A stretch of DNA of 64,000 bases, taken from Phoronis australis (Eukaryota; Animalia; Phoronida). The DNA lies in the NCBI GenBank assembly GCA_002633005.1, contig NMRA01000125.1:653566-717565 (forward strand). The letters are read 5' to 3'. Positions 1 to 11,740 of the stretch are shown in pieces. Every line of letters starts with the position of its first letter. Within the stretch, counting starts at the first letter, position 1. The notes beneath the pieces were generated by a model. The model saw nothing but the letters and a program-made list of their open reading frames with translations. It had not been told where the DNA came from and made no database searches. The position numbers and the translations under genes are program-made.

Positions 1-746
1 ACCACTCATGGGCCATCTATAGAAGCAGTGATATGGCACCAAACTCAGTTAGAGACTGGCTTGTAGGGATCAGTGTTGCTCTCGTCATTGATCCTCAGCC
101 TGATTACTGCCAAAATTATCTGCCATCCGACTGTCAAAGACAAATGTTCTTCCAATGAGTAGAGGAGAGCTGGATTCCAAAGTGAACAGTGGAAATAATA
201 TTGAAATCTTCAAAAGATATGTCTCAAATGTATTTTCAAAAAGTATAGATATACATGTATATATTGTAAATAAAGGTTAATCTGCGTTTCTGTGATTCCT
301 TTAAATATTCTGGGGGCTCGTAGCTGCTATTAAAATCATTTAGATTATATGTATCATTTCAGAAATAGTGTTTTTCAATCCCTTACCACAAACTAACATT
401 CTAAGTAACCCAAGAGCAAAGATACTGAGCAAAATGTATTTTACGGGCGCCATTTTTGAAATTCCAAGATGGCCGCCAATAAAATTTCCAATTCATTGAC
501 CTCAGAACTGCAGGTGTAACCATAAAAACTAACATTCTCAGTGACCCAAGGACGGATATATTGGGGGAAATCTATTTTACCGGCCCCATTTTGAAAATCC
601 AAGATAGCCTCGAAAATGGCCACCAAATATGGTATCAATTATTTTCTGATTCGTCATTCCCTGAGGTTTCCAAAAAATGTATAGTTTCCACTTTCTCAAA
701 AAAATTCCAACATTGTCAAAATTTCACATAGTGAACCTGACTACTA
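1..746 (+). mobile_element. 3' end of a decayed DNA transposon, Academ-like
   Basis: Bases 1-190 give frameshifted peptides (WAIY/EAVIWHQ ... KDKCSSNE*RRAG) resembling the Cys-rich C-terminus of Academ-type transposases. A ~136-bp subterminal direct repeat (389-480 vs 525-630) carries ccattttgaa..tccaagat motifs. The putative terminus is GTGAACCTGACTACTA (reverse complement TAGTAGTCAGG). Family assignment is from memory, not a search. Confidence 0.45.
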
Positions 747-1190
747 TCAGAAAACCTTTATCTAAAAATTTGAGATAGATACTTGGAGTAGTATATTGCA
801 TTTCTCGTACGTGCCACTGGATTCTAAGTTTTATTGAACAATTGTATCAAACGGCATCGAGGGTCCAATTAATCATCATAATATATAAAGACGTGTAATT
901 TTTGATGAATGCCTGACTTAATTATCCACAGCAAGAATGAGGGATCCATATGCTAAAACCTCTGTCTGTATACATGTAGGACAGAAATCTTTTCAATCAT
1001 TGAAATTATTTCGTCATTTCCCTAATGGCTTCAGTCATTTACATGAACATGTATGTAACCTCTCATTACATTTTTTATGTTACAATTTCACGCTGTTATA
1101 TTTCGCATTTTGGTAACACTCCTGGTTTTTAGAATTAAACGTACTTTTATACAGTCAGGTATGTGAAACTATAATTACTGATAAATAAAT

Positions 1191-2006
1191 ATAGATTATT
1201 ACATGGCGAAGTCGTTATCCCCCGTTATTTAGAGCCCGAGTGGATTTAGGCAAATTATCTCCCGAGGGGTGCGTTAGCGATAACGACTGAGAACACGTAA
1301 TAATCTATTTATACCACATACTGAACGAGAAACATTGCAATGAATCGATCTACCTTTCTCGACTCGCCTCGGCTTTGTATCTACTTTCTTTGTCAGAGGC
1401 CCGGGGTCGGAGGTCGTGACCTTTTAAGAGCTATTTTTGTCAAGTAATGCTTATACTCAAAACCAATTGAAAATTTAAACAAAATAGAAATAAAGTGAAT
1501 CTATAAATTAAGGTTTAGCAACTATTATAGCTTACTACACATTTTATCACGCTAAGTTTCGACCGGGAAAATATCGTTTGCTAAAGTAGGTTACCACTAG
1601 TAACTGACTATAATGCTCAAGTCAAAGGATCCCGACGTCACGATACCAGCATTCAAATTGGAGATAGGGGATGTACAAGTGAATGAACACGAGAGAAAAA
1701 ATGTCACTGAATTAAAATATCGTTTTTATGGAAATTATGCGTCTTATTTTTCATAGCTTATAAATGTCGGTGCAATGCCCTTTGCTGAGCAAGCGATTGT
1801 TGCGCATGCTCATTTAAGTATTCTGTTTTCACGTTCGGTGACGTCTGCCGCTGAGTGGTGTAGAGGTAAAGTCGGCAACTCGAAACTCTTGAGGTCCGGG
1901 TTCGAAACCTGCCTCGGTTTAACGCCAAATTGTTATCTCACTAGGGAGATAACTTCATGGGTTATTACAGGGTTGTATCTGCCATTCGAGGCTAATATTG
2001 TATAAT
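1191..2006 (+). mobile_element. Crypton-like non-autonomous element
   Basis: A terminal inverted repeat ATAGATTATTAC (1191-1202) / GTAATAATCTAT (1297-1308) encloses CCCGAG motifs. The distal end reads GGGAGATAA...TGTATAAT, echoing the 5' part. This layout resembles CryptonV-type elements. Confidence 0.4.
1850..1918 (+). pseudogene. tRNA-derived sequence (Pol III A/B boxes), not a functional tRNA
   Basis: A box TGGTGTAGAGG, B box GGTTCGAAACC, and acceptor-like pairing GCTGAG/CTCGGT. The anticodon stem does not pair. Confidence 0.5.
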
Positions 2007-2042
2007 CATCAAGAGCTGACAAAGGAATTCTCTTAATGGTGT

Positions 2043-2524
2043 GACTCTTACGCAATTCAATTTGAAAAAGAACGGCGGAGTTGCAAAAAGTCTTACAGCC
2101 AGAAAATTCCATAGCAAGTACGCGAATGCAAACAAGTAGCTCTTACGCATGCGCGGTGCAACATCAGAGGCCGCAAGTTCGGAGTTGGCATTCTAGCACT
2201 AGAGTTGCATGATTATTGTGAGCAACTAGAAGGCGTTCTTAGGTGTCAAAAGTATTGAGTGACATGAGTGGCGAGACCATACTTTATCTAGAGAGTGTAC
2301 AAATGTCTGAAGCGACTTCTGTTTGACCCAGTTTCAAACCAGTCACCAGGTGGCGAGAGCGTCCTCTCGAATGCCAACTTCGATCTTACGGTGCTGAGGT
2401 TGCTCCGCGCATGCGTGGCATTTGTTTGGATTTGTTTGTTCCGGTGTTGTTTTTTGCTATCGAATTTCCTGTCAATAAAACTTTTCGCCACACCACCTTT
2501 CTACTACCGAATCGCATAACAGTC
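2043..2524. mobile_element. MITE/foldback element with ~150-bp degenerate inverted arms
   Basis: Left arm motifs (GACTCTTACGCAATTC, GAAAATTCCATAGCAA, ACGCATGCGCGGTGCAAC, AGTTGGCATTC) match the reverse complement of right arm motifs (GAATGCCAACT, GTTGCTCCGCGCATGCGT, TTGCTATCGAATTTC, GAATCGCATAACAGTC). Confidence 0.65.
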
Positions 2525-3697
2525 ATTTCAATAGTTCTTAGTGGTGTGCCAGAAGCAAAAGATTAATAATTTAATTCACAAATAATTATCATTTTGCATA
2601 CCTAAAAGGTTTACAGGTTATTTTTTAATTCTGATAACCAAGTGCTTTTTACAAAATACGAAAAATAACAGGGCGTTATGGTACCGATAATATAAAAAAC
2701 AAAACGAACCATAAATGACAAATTAAACCAACAGTGAAATAATTTCAATGATTCAAAAGACTCCTTAACCCTGTCGAGACAAAGATTTTAGAATATTGGA
2801 CCCTCAGAGCTGCTGTTAGGAACCTAATCAGGTATTCATCCAAATTTATTCATATTTATGTATTAATTGGACGTTTGGTGAAGTTTGATACAATTCTTCA
2901 GTTACAGTGACGTTTACAGATCAGATAATTATACTCCTACTACCTATCTGAAGTTTTTAGATGAAGGCTTTCTGATAGATAAAAATGAGCAAGCTTCCAT
3001 TGTGTACGTTTGAAATGCAGTGTAGACAGATCATTACATGATGCACACTGTAGGGCTTTCCGTAGTACTTTATAAATAAACTTATTTCTTCAGTAAGTAT
3101 AAATTAGTGATCCGGGTACACGCAGTGTGTGTTACCGTAAACGAGAAATCTTATGGGAACATTTTTATAATTGCTATGTTACTAAAGCAAGTGGGCAAAA
3201 TTCATGACGAAGGGGCATTGTTATTTCAAACACTTTTGCATAGTTGTCAACATTCGAGAATGCTAAAACGGGACAACTCTACTGGAAAGCGGGACTTCCA
3301 GATAAAAGCGAGACACCTGGGCCTATGCCAAAACGCAAGGGTGAAATGTTCACAGCAATAACACACAAAAACGCCCTAACAGCGTTTTTTGTCAAACGAT
3401 GGCGTTTTTTCAGTCGAAGGAGAAATTTTGGTTGTGTCAGGAACCTATGAAACATCTATTTTTTTCTTTTTAGTCGAACAGAAAAATAGAGCTATGTCGC
3501 GAGGGAAGCTACAATACACGTAACATACGATAAAATGCCAATTTCGTAGTGTGTGAAAATGCGGGAAATTTGATGGAGTGTCGGTATGGTGTAAAAATCA
3601 AAAAGCGTGACAGTCCGTCAAGAGCGGGACAATTGTCAAGTTCAATGTACTTTGTCAGCAACACAAAGTATTGGATTATTTCGCAAGGTGAACTTCA

Positions 3698-4826
3698 TTT
3701 TTATGCGCTCACATATTATATGTGGACGCGTTATGCCGTCATCTCCGATCGTGCGGGCGGCGCCCGTCCGGCATCCGTCGTCCGCTGCTCTATCTCCAAA
3801 ACCGATTGACGTATGTTCATGAAAATTTGCACATGTTTTTCGTTTTTAGATGGGACGGTATGAGCGAACTTTCAGACAGATCAAACTTCCGGTGTGCCCC
3901 CTAGTGGCAATTTTAGTTTTTTACGTTTACCTCTATATCTTCAAAGGTCCTCAACGTATTTTCATAAAATTTGGTATATAGGCATCTATTAATGAGTCGA
4001 CAGTATCCTCCCGTTTTTGGATGGATTCGACGTAATTTGCGCCGCCTAGTGGCCATTTTTACCTTTTTTGAGTCTGTTTTTAGCGCCCATCCAAACCGCT
4101 TCCAGGATAATTGTGAAAATTGGCATGTATGTTTTTACTATGAAGTAGATGGCTGACGATGATTTTCCGATGACTTCGACTACTGTGGCGCCTCCTAATG
4201 GCCGTTTCGTTTCTTTGCGCCCATGGCTGCAGGATCTTTATTAAATTTAACAACGGACGACGACTGTTTTTGGATGGATCTGACTACCGATGTGCCCCTG
4301 GTGACGATTTTAGTTTTACGTTAACCTCTGTATTTTCAAAGGTCCTCAACGGATTTTCATAAAATTTTTAATACGATCATCTATTGGTGGGATGACGCTA
4401 TCCTCCCGTTTACGGATTGAATCAAGGTATTTTGCGCCACCTAGTGGCCATTTTTGCTGTTTTGGAGTCTATTTTTTGGTGTCTTCTCCTCAATCAACAA
4501 AATCAATCTAAGGATGGTTTTGAAAATTGGCGCATATGTTCTCAATGTGAAGAGGACGGTTTACGATGACGACATTGACTACTGTGTCGCCTCCTAGTGA
4601 TAGGTTGTTTTATTTTGCGCCCATAGCTGTATCTCTTAAACCCTCTCCAGAATTTTTTTTGTATAGCTTTCTTTTAAACAAACAATGAAATGTTCTCATT
4701 TTCAGATGGATTGTAAGTTTTTGTTTCATCTGGTAGCCATTTTATGACACAAATAAACAACCCTAAAAGCACATCATTTGCGATGCATTCGTGGGCGCAT
4801 TTCAATGCTCCGCGTTGCTCTTGTTT
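3698..4826 (+). mobile_element. Helentron-associated non-autonomous element (HINE/DINE-like) with internal tandem repeats
   Basis: T-rich start, subterminal IR ATGCGCTCAC (3703-3712) / GTGGGCGCAT (4791-4800), a CGTC-rich tract at ~3765-3785, ~105-150 bp internal subunits in a ~400-bp higher-order repeat, and a 3' hairpin CAATGC/GCGTTG followed by CTTGTTT. Confidence 0.65.
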
Positions 4827-4970
4827 AGATTATAATTCATGAGCGTAAGTAAATCCTACAGATGACCTTCGCTGCTCAGAAAACGAATTAGCAGGAAAGT
4901 ATTTGGGTAGTTGGTGAACATTGTGCACATGAATTATTATAGAAACAAATGAAAATAATAATAATCTATG

Positions 4971-4976
4971 CACACA

Positions 4977-5015
<39 letters not shown>
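4971..5015. repeat. (CA)n microsatellite
   Basis: Directly visible CA run. Confidence 0.95.
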
Positions 5016-5017
<2 letters not shown>

Positions 5018-6589
5018 GTCATGTAGTTTATTAGATTGTCAAAAACGTTTTTAAGACTAGAGATGAAAAGGTATAAGAAGTCAGACATTTCCCGACATCC
5101 AGCTTGATGAACTAAAATGACAATACAAAAATGAAGCAATGGAATTAGGCTTAATTTGATAGCTACTGTAGCCTACAACACTCGACCAAAACTCGAGCAG
5201 ACAAGCGAAAATTCACGATGCTAACTCTCGCCGCTAGACTCGGGATCGCTAGCTCTAATGATAGAATACACTGGCCACGTTTGAGAGTTTACATTCCATG
5301 GTGAGACACATATGAGCTTACCCAGAACTGCCAAACAACAAGTCCGGGAAATCGACATCATTTTGTGAGTCCGTTCAAAAATAATTCGGCTAAGAGGCAA
5401 TTTGGGAGATAGAGAATCTGAAGAAACGAAGCACAGTTACCAAACTCAGAAATGGTCGCTAGCCCTTCTATTGTAACAAATCCACAGTGTTTTGTTAGCC
5501 GTTGGTGGATAAACATTTGCACTTTTAAGTCGTTATACAGAACCACGTCTTAAGTTTATCCTAAAAGAAAAAAGCAATAACAGAAATGTGTGCTAAATAT
5601 GTGTTATTATTCCACTAAAGTTTGCAGATTGCCTGTTTGAAAACACATAACGGAGCTCATATAAATCAAATATGTTCGCCCACACCATCCAGACGGTTTT
5701 CCGATGGTGTTCTCAATAGTCATTGCGAGCCGCCGGATTCTAAATTAAAATGAAGAATCAATCTTAATTGACTTCCTGCTGATACAAAGCCGCATCGACA
5801 TCGTTATTGCAAGTGATCCATCACGAAAAATTAGCCACCGTATGTTGATTCAAATGATATAAGTTCACTTCGTCAACTCTAAACTGCCGTATTTACGTGG
5901 TCACCAAATATTTGAAGTGGTGAGTCTACTGCCTCTTAAAGGGACATTGTCGTTCTAACGGCCGAGAAGCGGATTTTGGGGATTACTATTTGATGGGAAG
6001 AAACTTTTGAAGTTTTATAGCTTTGAACAAAACAAGAAAGCCGCTGCGTTTTTGTGATTTCTTATCTTGTGTACTATAGGTAGTCAGTGGGTTCTTAGCT
6101 GTGGGAATTTTCACCTGGCAATTTATATTTTCATTGTATGACTAAATGGGGGTATTTGTAGTGTAGTATTTAGAAAGTTCCAACACATTTTAATCTGTAA
6201 AAACGTGTCGCACATGCTCTGCAATAGAGGGCGCTCATGACATACAGTGTAGGACTAGCGTTTACAGACCTCGTTACACCAAGACTAGGCTATGCGAGAT
6301 GCTTTAACCCGCGCGATCTCTAAGGAAAGCAAAATAATTCTGCCGACTGCAAGGTACGCCCCAGCCAAGCACCAAATCAAACCTATGCATGAAGCCATGC
6401 CCGAGCTAATTGCGTGAGTAAATTGTTGTTAGAAAGCTAGACACCTGTAATTATTTCCAACAGGTTACGTTTATTGCATTGGAAACACAAAGGATGTGGT
6501 ATTGGGCTGCCTGCGAGTAATGTGGCGAGTGGGGAGTTATTTGTACACGCAAATTGTAAGTCATGATGAGACAACGACATCATTAGCGA

Positions 6590-7490
6590 ATCACAAACTG
6601 AGATACCCATTTCTGGTACCCGTCGTAAATGCAGATTGTACATCTACTGCGGGTACCGGAGTAAGAACTGCTTTACTTATAGACAAAAAAATATTAAACA
6701 GTTTTCGCCCAAGTTACTTAAGTTGTTGATTTTATGTCTGACCATGGAATAGGAGACAGTAAAAATGTATTACACGCATAACATGCGTCAGAGTGTTCTC
6801 GCGGAGTTCCTGGAAAACTAATCAAATTGCTGAGGATTTAATCAGTGAAGCAAAGTAGCCTAGACTTACGAACCTGATTATTTTGGAAACTAATGATTTC
6901 ATGTTTAAAGGGCATTATTCAAAACGTTTTACTTAAAGCTGGGTTCTATAAAAAATTAATTTGTAATCATTTTAAAGATCACGAAGCCACCGAGAAGATG
7001 TGTTTAACTTGTCTGCTAGTACTGCGATAACGATTACAATGTTTTCCAGTCATAAAAACAATATTTAGGGTTAAAATCTAAATATCATATAGTACTGGGC
7101 GAACGGACACGACAGGAAAGAGAAACGACACAACCATCCACGCATTTTTGTTGTTTTATGTTGTGAAACAATTCCTACCAGCTCAGCACACATAAATGAT
7201 AATTCTACCATCAGCACGCATATGCCCAATGTAAAAAGATTTGTGATATGACTACTAGAGAGTGTATGTTACAATGTACATGTAGGTATGTCAGCGCTAT
7301 TTAATGGAGCTGCACCAGCCTTAACATTTAGCAAACCACAAACAGTTATGTTCGTTTTGCCCAGAAACTGGCAAGAAACACTTGGTGGTACCAAGGCAAC
7401 TATTAAGAAAACATCAGACTAGTGAAAAGACATTTTGCCATGGCTTGTATGAATAAGTGAAAGGTTCCATTAGGCCTATTTCATTGACTT
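6590..7490 (+). repeat. Old dispersed repeat, copy 1 (paralogue at ~51160-52055)
   Basis: Shares colinear blocks with the second copy: AATCACAAACT, TGGTACCCGTCGTAA, GCCCAAGTTAC, ACATGCGTC, TGAGGATTT, GTACTG.GCGAACGGACAC.ACAGGAA, GTACATGTAGGTAT...CGCTATTTAATGGA.CTGC, CTTGTATGAATA. Confidence 0.75.
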
Positions 7491-7879
7491 GTTGTAAATT
7501 TTCAAGCAATTTGTATTACATTTTGTATACTATTAGAATACAGAAGTATTGCTATTAACAAAAATTGACTAATTTGGGGGGGGGGGTACATTACTAATAC
7601 TTTCACGGGACACACCCAAATTGTTTCAGAAGTTCCAAGGAAGAAATTTGTTGGCGCGTGTGTTTGGCTAGTGTTTGACAAAGTTAAATAGTTGTGCGTT
7701 GACTTGACACATTTCTTTGACCCTGTGCTGTGTCTTGATTATGAAATGCTGAGAGTATCTCATAAAATGCGCTGAAACTAACCTGAAATAGCGGAGGTCC
7801 ACTTTTGCCTATTTCCCCACTTATTTTCCTCATAATAAACACCATCGGCTTGCGTGTCACGTGATTTGAATTGGATATT

Positions 7880-8749
7880 TACAAGTTCACCAAAACGAGG
7901 CTCCTGTGTATTGCAATGGCGTTTTCCAGTTCTTCATCGTGTAATATTTTATCTCACTCATTTGTTCAAGGGGCTCAGAGGATCTTTTCTTGAAGAGCTT
8001 TTCAGTGTCAATAAGTTTGGACTTTGCAAGGGCACTGTCCCAATAAATGAGCGTTTTGCTATCCACATTTGGCATACTACATTGAAGTCTTTGCATGAAA
8101 TCAGCGCGAGAGCAGAATGCGAAAGGTCTTTTCCATCAGTTGAACATTGCTTTTCAAATGTTTGACAGAAACTCTGTGAGCACATGGCAGACCACTGGCA
8201 CGTCGTTCTCGTATATACATGTATATTTGCGTTTTCTTGACAAGAGAGGACTATTTGACTGTGAGTCATTTTCCCTCTCAGTTGCTGAGCCAGTTGCCAC
8301 GTCTTTTTCTTGTCTCGCTTCTTAAAGCTTAAATGTTGACATTTTAGTTTCTTCTTTGGTGTACTTCTTTGATTTCGTCCACTTTGCCGTTCCACTTAAA
8401 AACGCGAGGATATTGCTGCACTATTTATTCTTCGCTTCTTAGCGTCTGGGTTGATATAATCCTACGGGTAAAAGAGATCACTTACAGATTTTGGTGTGGA
8501 CGTTCACGTTGAAAACGCTGGATTTCTTCTCATCTTTGTGATTCATAGTGAAAGGAGGGGCTTATTGTCCATAGGCAGTCCGCCAAATGACAGATCTGTG
8601 GACTTTTCCGACGAATTTTTGCATTCACTGCAACTGCAGCAAAAATGCGGCATCTTCGTTGTGGCTGTACACACACCCCCACTTTGTTTAGACTCAACCC
8701 CCAATTCAGGTCACGTGATATCGCACGTGTGCATTCACTGATTCGGTCT
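7880..8749 (-). mobile_element. 5' fragment of a THAP-domain DNA transposon (PIF/Harbinger-ISL2EU-like)
   Basis: Contains the THAP remnant plus a downstream LIYW-containing linker typical of THAP-HTH-DDE transposases. A terminus-like AT|AGACCGAATC is on the minus strand at ~8749. The other end was not found. Confidence 0.5.
8392..8653 (-). pseudogene. Degenerate THAP zinc-finger domain (transposase N-terminus)
   Basis: Manual translation with frameshifts: MPHFCCSCSECKNSSEKSTDLSFGGLPMDNKPLLSL*ITKMRRNPAF/NVNVHTKIC/DLFYP*DYINPDAKKRRINSAAISSRF. It matches the THAP pattern (C-x-C, F..P, W, R, IC..HF, L...A.P..F) with stops and frameshifts. Confidence 0.8.
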
Positions 8750-9692
8750 ATTACTACATAATTATGTTTAGATACTAAAATATTATCCCCCTCTACCCTT
8801 TCGTTCAGTTAAAATAGGTTGAAACTTGAATTCATCACTCATTAGGTATATACTATAAACACCGAAACGATACATAGGTTTTTATAAAAGAGATTAAATT
8901 GTAACACTTGGTGACGGTGTGGTTTAAAAAAGCTTATTTTCACTGCTAATTTAACGTATTTAGCTAATTTGCTTTGTTTAAATGTGTCAAACTATCGAAG
9001 CAATGTCTTTTGACATTGTAAACTCTAAGTTTCAACATGTTGTCATTTTTAGCAAATTCTTTGGCGAAATTCTCGGTAATGTGCAACCTTTAACGTGGTT
9101 ACTTTTAACATTTGGGAAGTACGTCTAACCCAGGAATGAGGCTGAAAACTTTAACATAAAATTGCCAGTCACAAAACCTTTTTAATGTTCCTACATGTAT
9201 AGCTCAGGGTCTATTAACTAAGTTTCACTATCGTGACGTCGCCATTCATTAGCGACGTCTGGTGTGACAGTCCGTTTTAATTCCGGTAAACACATGTACC
9301 AGTGTTTCAATAACTTTTATACTCTCACGACATCTGACGAGCTGACGAGCATTAAGGAGTCACATGTTGGGGTATCTGACCAGCTCCATTGTTTACAAAT
9401 CCTGCTTGCAAGCAGCAAAGGTTCATGAAAAGCCACGACACAGCAAAAAGTGGTCCAATGGGCCAACAACTGACAATCCATCAGCCAGAGCAGTCTCAAA
9501 ATCAAGCACGGAAGTCATTCGTAGTCTGCGCATGTATAGTTGAGCCTAATGGGGGACCCATACTGACGCCGTCTTTTTCTAAAAATAACTTGCCATTTAT
9601 ACATGTATGGCGACATGGGGTGGGACGGATAGTTAATATACGATGATGAGACATGTCGTCTTGAAATATAACTATTTTAGACTATTTGTACG

Positions 9693-9820
9693 TTATGTCT
9701 GTTGATGTTTTGCTTCTTAACTGCACGCCTGATGCTAGGAGATTGTATTGAGAGACTACGAGCGAGTACATGAATGTATTAATTAGTAAGCTGTCTAACA
9801 TAAATACAGTCGTGCCTTCA
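9693..9820 (+). repeat. Short dispersed repeat (second copy ~11801-11921)
   Basis: Shared blocks TGCACGCCT, GAGACTACGAGCGAGTA, TGTCTAACA.AAA.TACAGTC.T.CCTTCA. Confidence 0.6.
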
Positions 9821-10917
9821 CATGCAGAACAAAACTTAAATTGTCGAGCCAACCCTGGAGGTACCAGATTTTAATGAAAGTGGAGCGGGAACGTTCAACC
9901 GTGCCCACCAAAGACGAATCGTTACATGGTTTCTGTAACCACCAGTCTTTCCGTCCTCCGCTTTTGACTCATGGCTGGTAAAACGTTTGCCAGCCTCGCC
10001 AGCAGGAGGCAGGTCACACAGTACAGTGGGCCTGCCTGGTAAAAAAGCTTGTCACGTCTCGAGCAGCTCACATATTTGACACGATGAACGGCAGTCTGAA
10101 GATTTGCTAATCCCCGTTTTACTGAAATAAAACTTGTCATTCCATGCAATATGAGTATATTGCATTTATACCTTGTGTTCGTATTTTTTGATATCGCTCA
10201 ACTTCAGTTTTATCGCCCACCGTGTACTATTCCCTATCGACGAATTAGGCACATAATCATGTGTACCAACGCAAATCTATTAATGCTAAAGACACATGAA
10301 AGCATAAAACCAAATGGTCAGACAATACCCTTTTGTTCTGATAACACAGATCACCGCGTGGATATGTTACAAACTATACATTTCCACACAGACTTTATAA
10401 CAATTAATGTATGACGTTCATGCAAGTTTACTGCGTTTATGAGTAATTTACGTGAATAACTTAGGCACACTTTACACCGTTCATAGATTATTTTCGGCGT
10501 TTTGAATTAATGTACTGGGACATTGCTAACATGTACTTACATGTATACAATTTCCCTAACCAACGACAGACTGAACCGTACGGCGGCACCACTACTCACG
10601 AAATGTTTTTTTCTTTTTTTCTTATTAAAAAAATATAGTGACATAATCTACTTGACTAAAAATACACCTCGAATGCACTTGCAACACATATCCAGCATGT
10701 TACTAATCTTAAATTACACTCAGTATAGTTCGATAGCAGCCCTTCATTGACACACACTTGGTTGAAGGCACGACTGTGCATGCAGTTTTTGTTAAACAGC
10801 TTGTGATGTACAGTGTACATGTACATGTACTCGCTTGTAGCCTCTACTTTTTTCAGGCGTGCAGCTTTGGCTATGAAGCAAAACACCAAAAGACATGACG
10901 GACAAACAAGTTCAAAT

Positions 10918-10960
10918 AGTTGCTATATTTCGTGACCACGTGTCTCATCATCAGGCAATG
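10918..10960 (-). ncRNA. Minimal type I hammerhead ribozyme (PLE-associated)
   Basis: Minus strand reads TTGC-CTGATGA-T-GAGAC-ACGTG-GTCAC-GAAA-TATA-GCAA: intact core, stem II with one mismatch, a minimal palindromic stem III and stem I TTGC/GCAA. Confidence 0.75.
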
Positions 10961-11227
10961 CGTGAAATGAGCATATATGAAGAGAAATAAACAGTGGAAT
11001 AAACGGTAAAATCATGTAGAGGTGCATACAAGCAGAGAGTGTGTGTGTGTGTATGTATCACATGGTTGGAAGCCCACAAGCCTAAAGGAACAGAGCCTGC
11101 TTGTGGTACACACAAGGGAGTTACTAATTCATCAAAGGTTTTTCGTGAAATATCAACACGATCACCAAAATTCTTAACAAAACTGTGTCATTATCAACAT
11201 GGCGAATAATGGCATTATCTACTATTT

Positions 11228-11630
11228 ATGCTTAGTTATCTGGATGGGCTTAAGAAGATCGTAAGAGATAACCTTAAGGTGATCAAACCTGGTGATAGAT
11301 CGAATGTAATTACATGTATTTATTATCAAAATATAAAATCACGTCACCTTTTCATCAAAAACAGTCGTAGCAGCGTTACATTGGAAACACGGTATGCTCC
11401 CTCTATCGACGGAAGTCCATGCTCTTGCGCGGCTGGTGACAACTACATGGCCAAAGAATAACTGGGCCAGAAAAAGTAGACAATACAATTCGCTATGTTG
11501 AAAACGACACATTTCGGTTAAAGATTTTGGAGTGCTTATATATGAGTCAGGAAAAACCTGTGCTGAATGATCAACTAACTCACAGGTTTGTCACACTGCA
11601 AGCTGGATCTGTTCCGTTAGCTTTGTGGGC
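11228..11630 (+). pseudogene. PLE linker / GIY-YIG endonuclease remnant
   Basis: Peptides LKKIVRDNLKVIKPGDRSNVI(TC)IYYQNIKSRHLFIKNS and ENDTFRLKILECLYMSQEKPVLNDQ...SVPLAL. The second matches the L.I.E.L.I...KP.LN.Q end of PLE GIY-YIG domains. The segment is internally deleted and has stops. Confidence 0.7.
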
Positions 11631-11740
11631 TTCCTATCGCGTGATATATTTACACTCTGAACTTGTATTGTGTATTCCCATCTATCTCCTGTCACCGTTT
11701 ATTTCACTATTTATTTCGCCTGATATATGGTCATTTCACT

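Noticed and set aside
1850-1918. Functional tRNA-Ser(CGA) gene
   Set aside because: The anticodon stem is unpaired and the long variable arm is absent. Kept only as tRNA-derived.
5936-5960. TTAA-AGGGACATTGTCG as the left end of a Kolobok element
   Set aside because: There is no nearby matching right end. Similar right-end strings at ~41900 and ~49340 are too distant and probably belong to separate copies.
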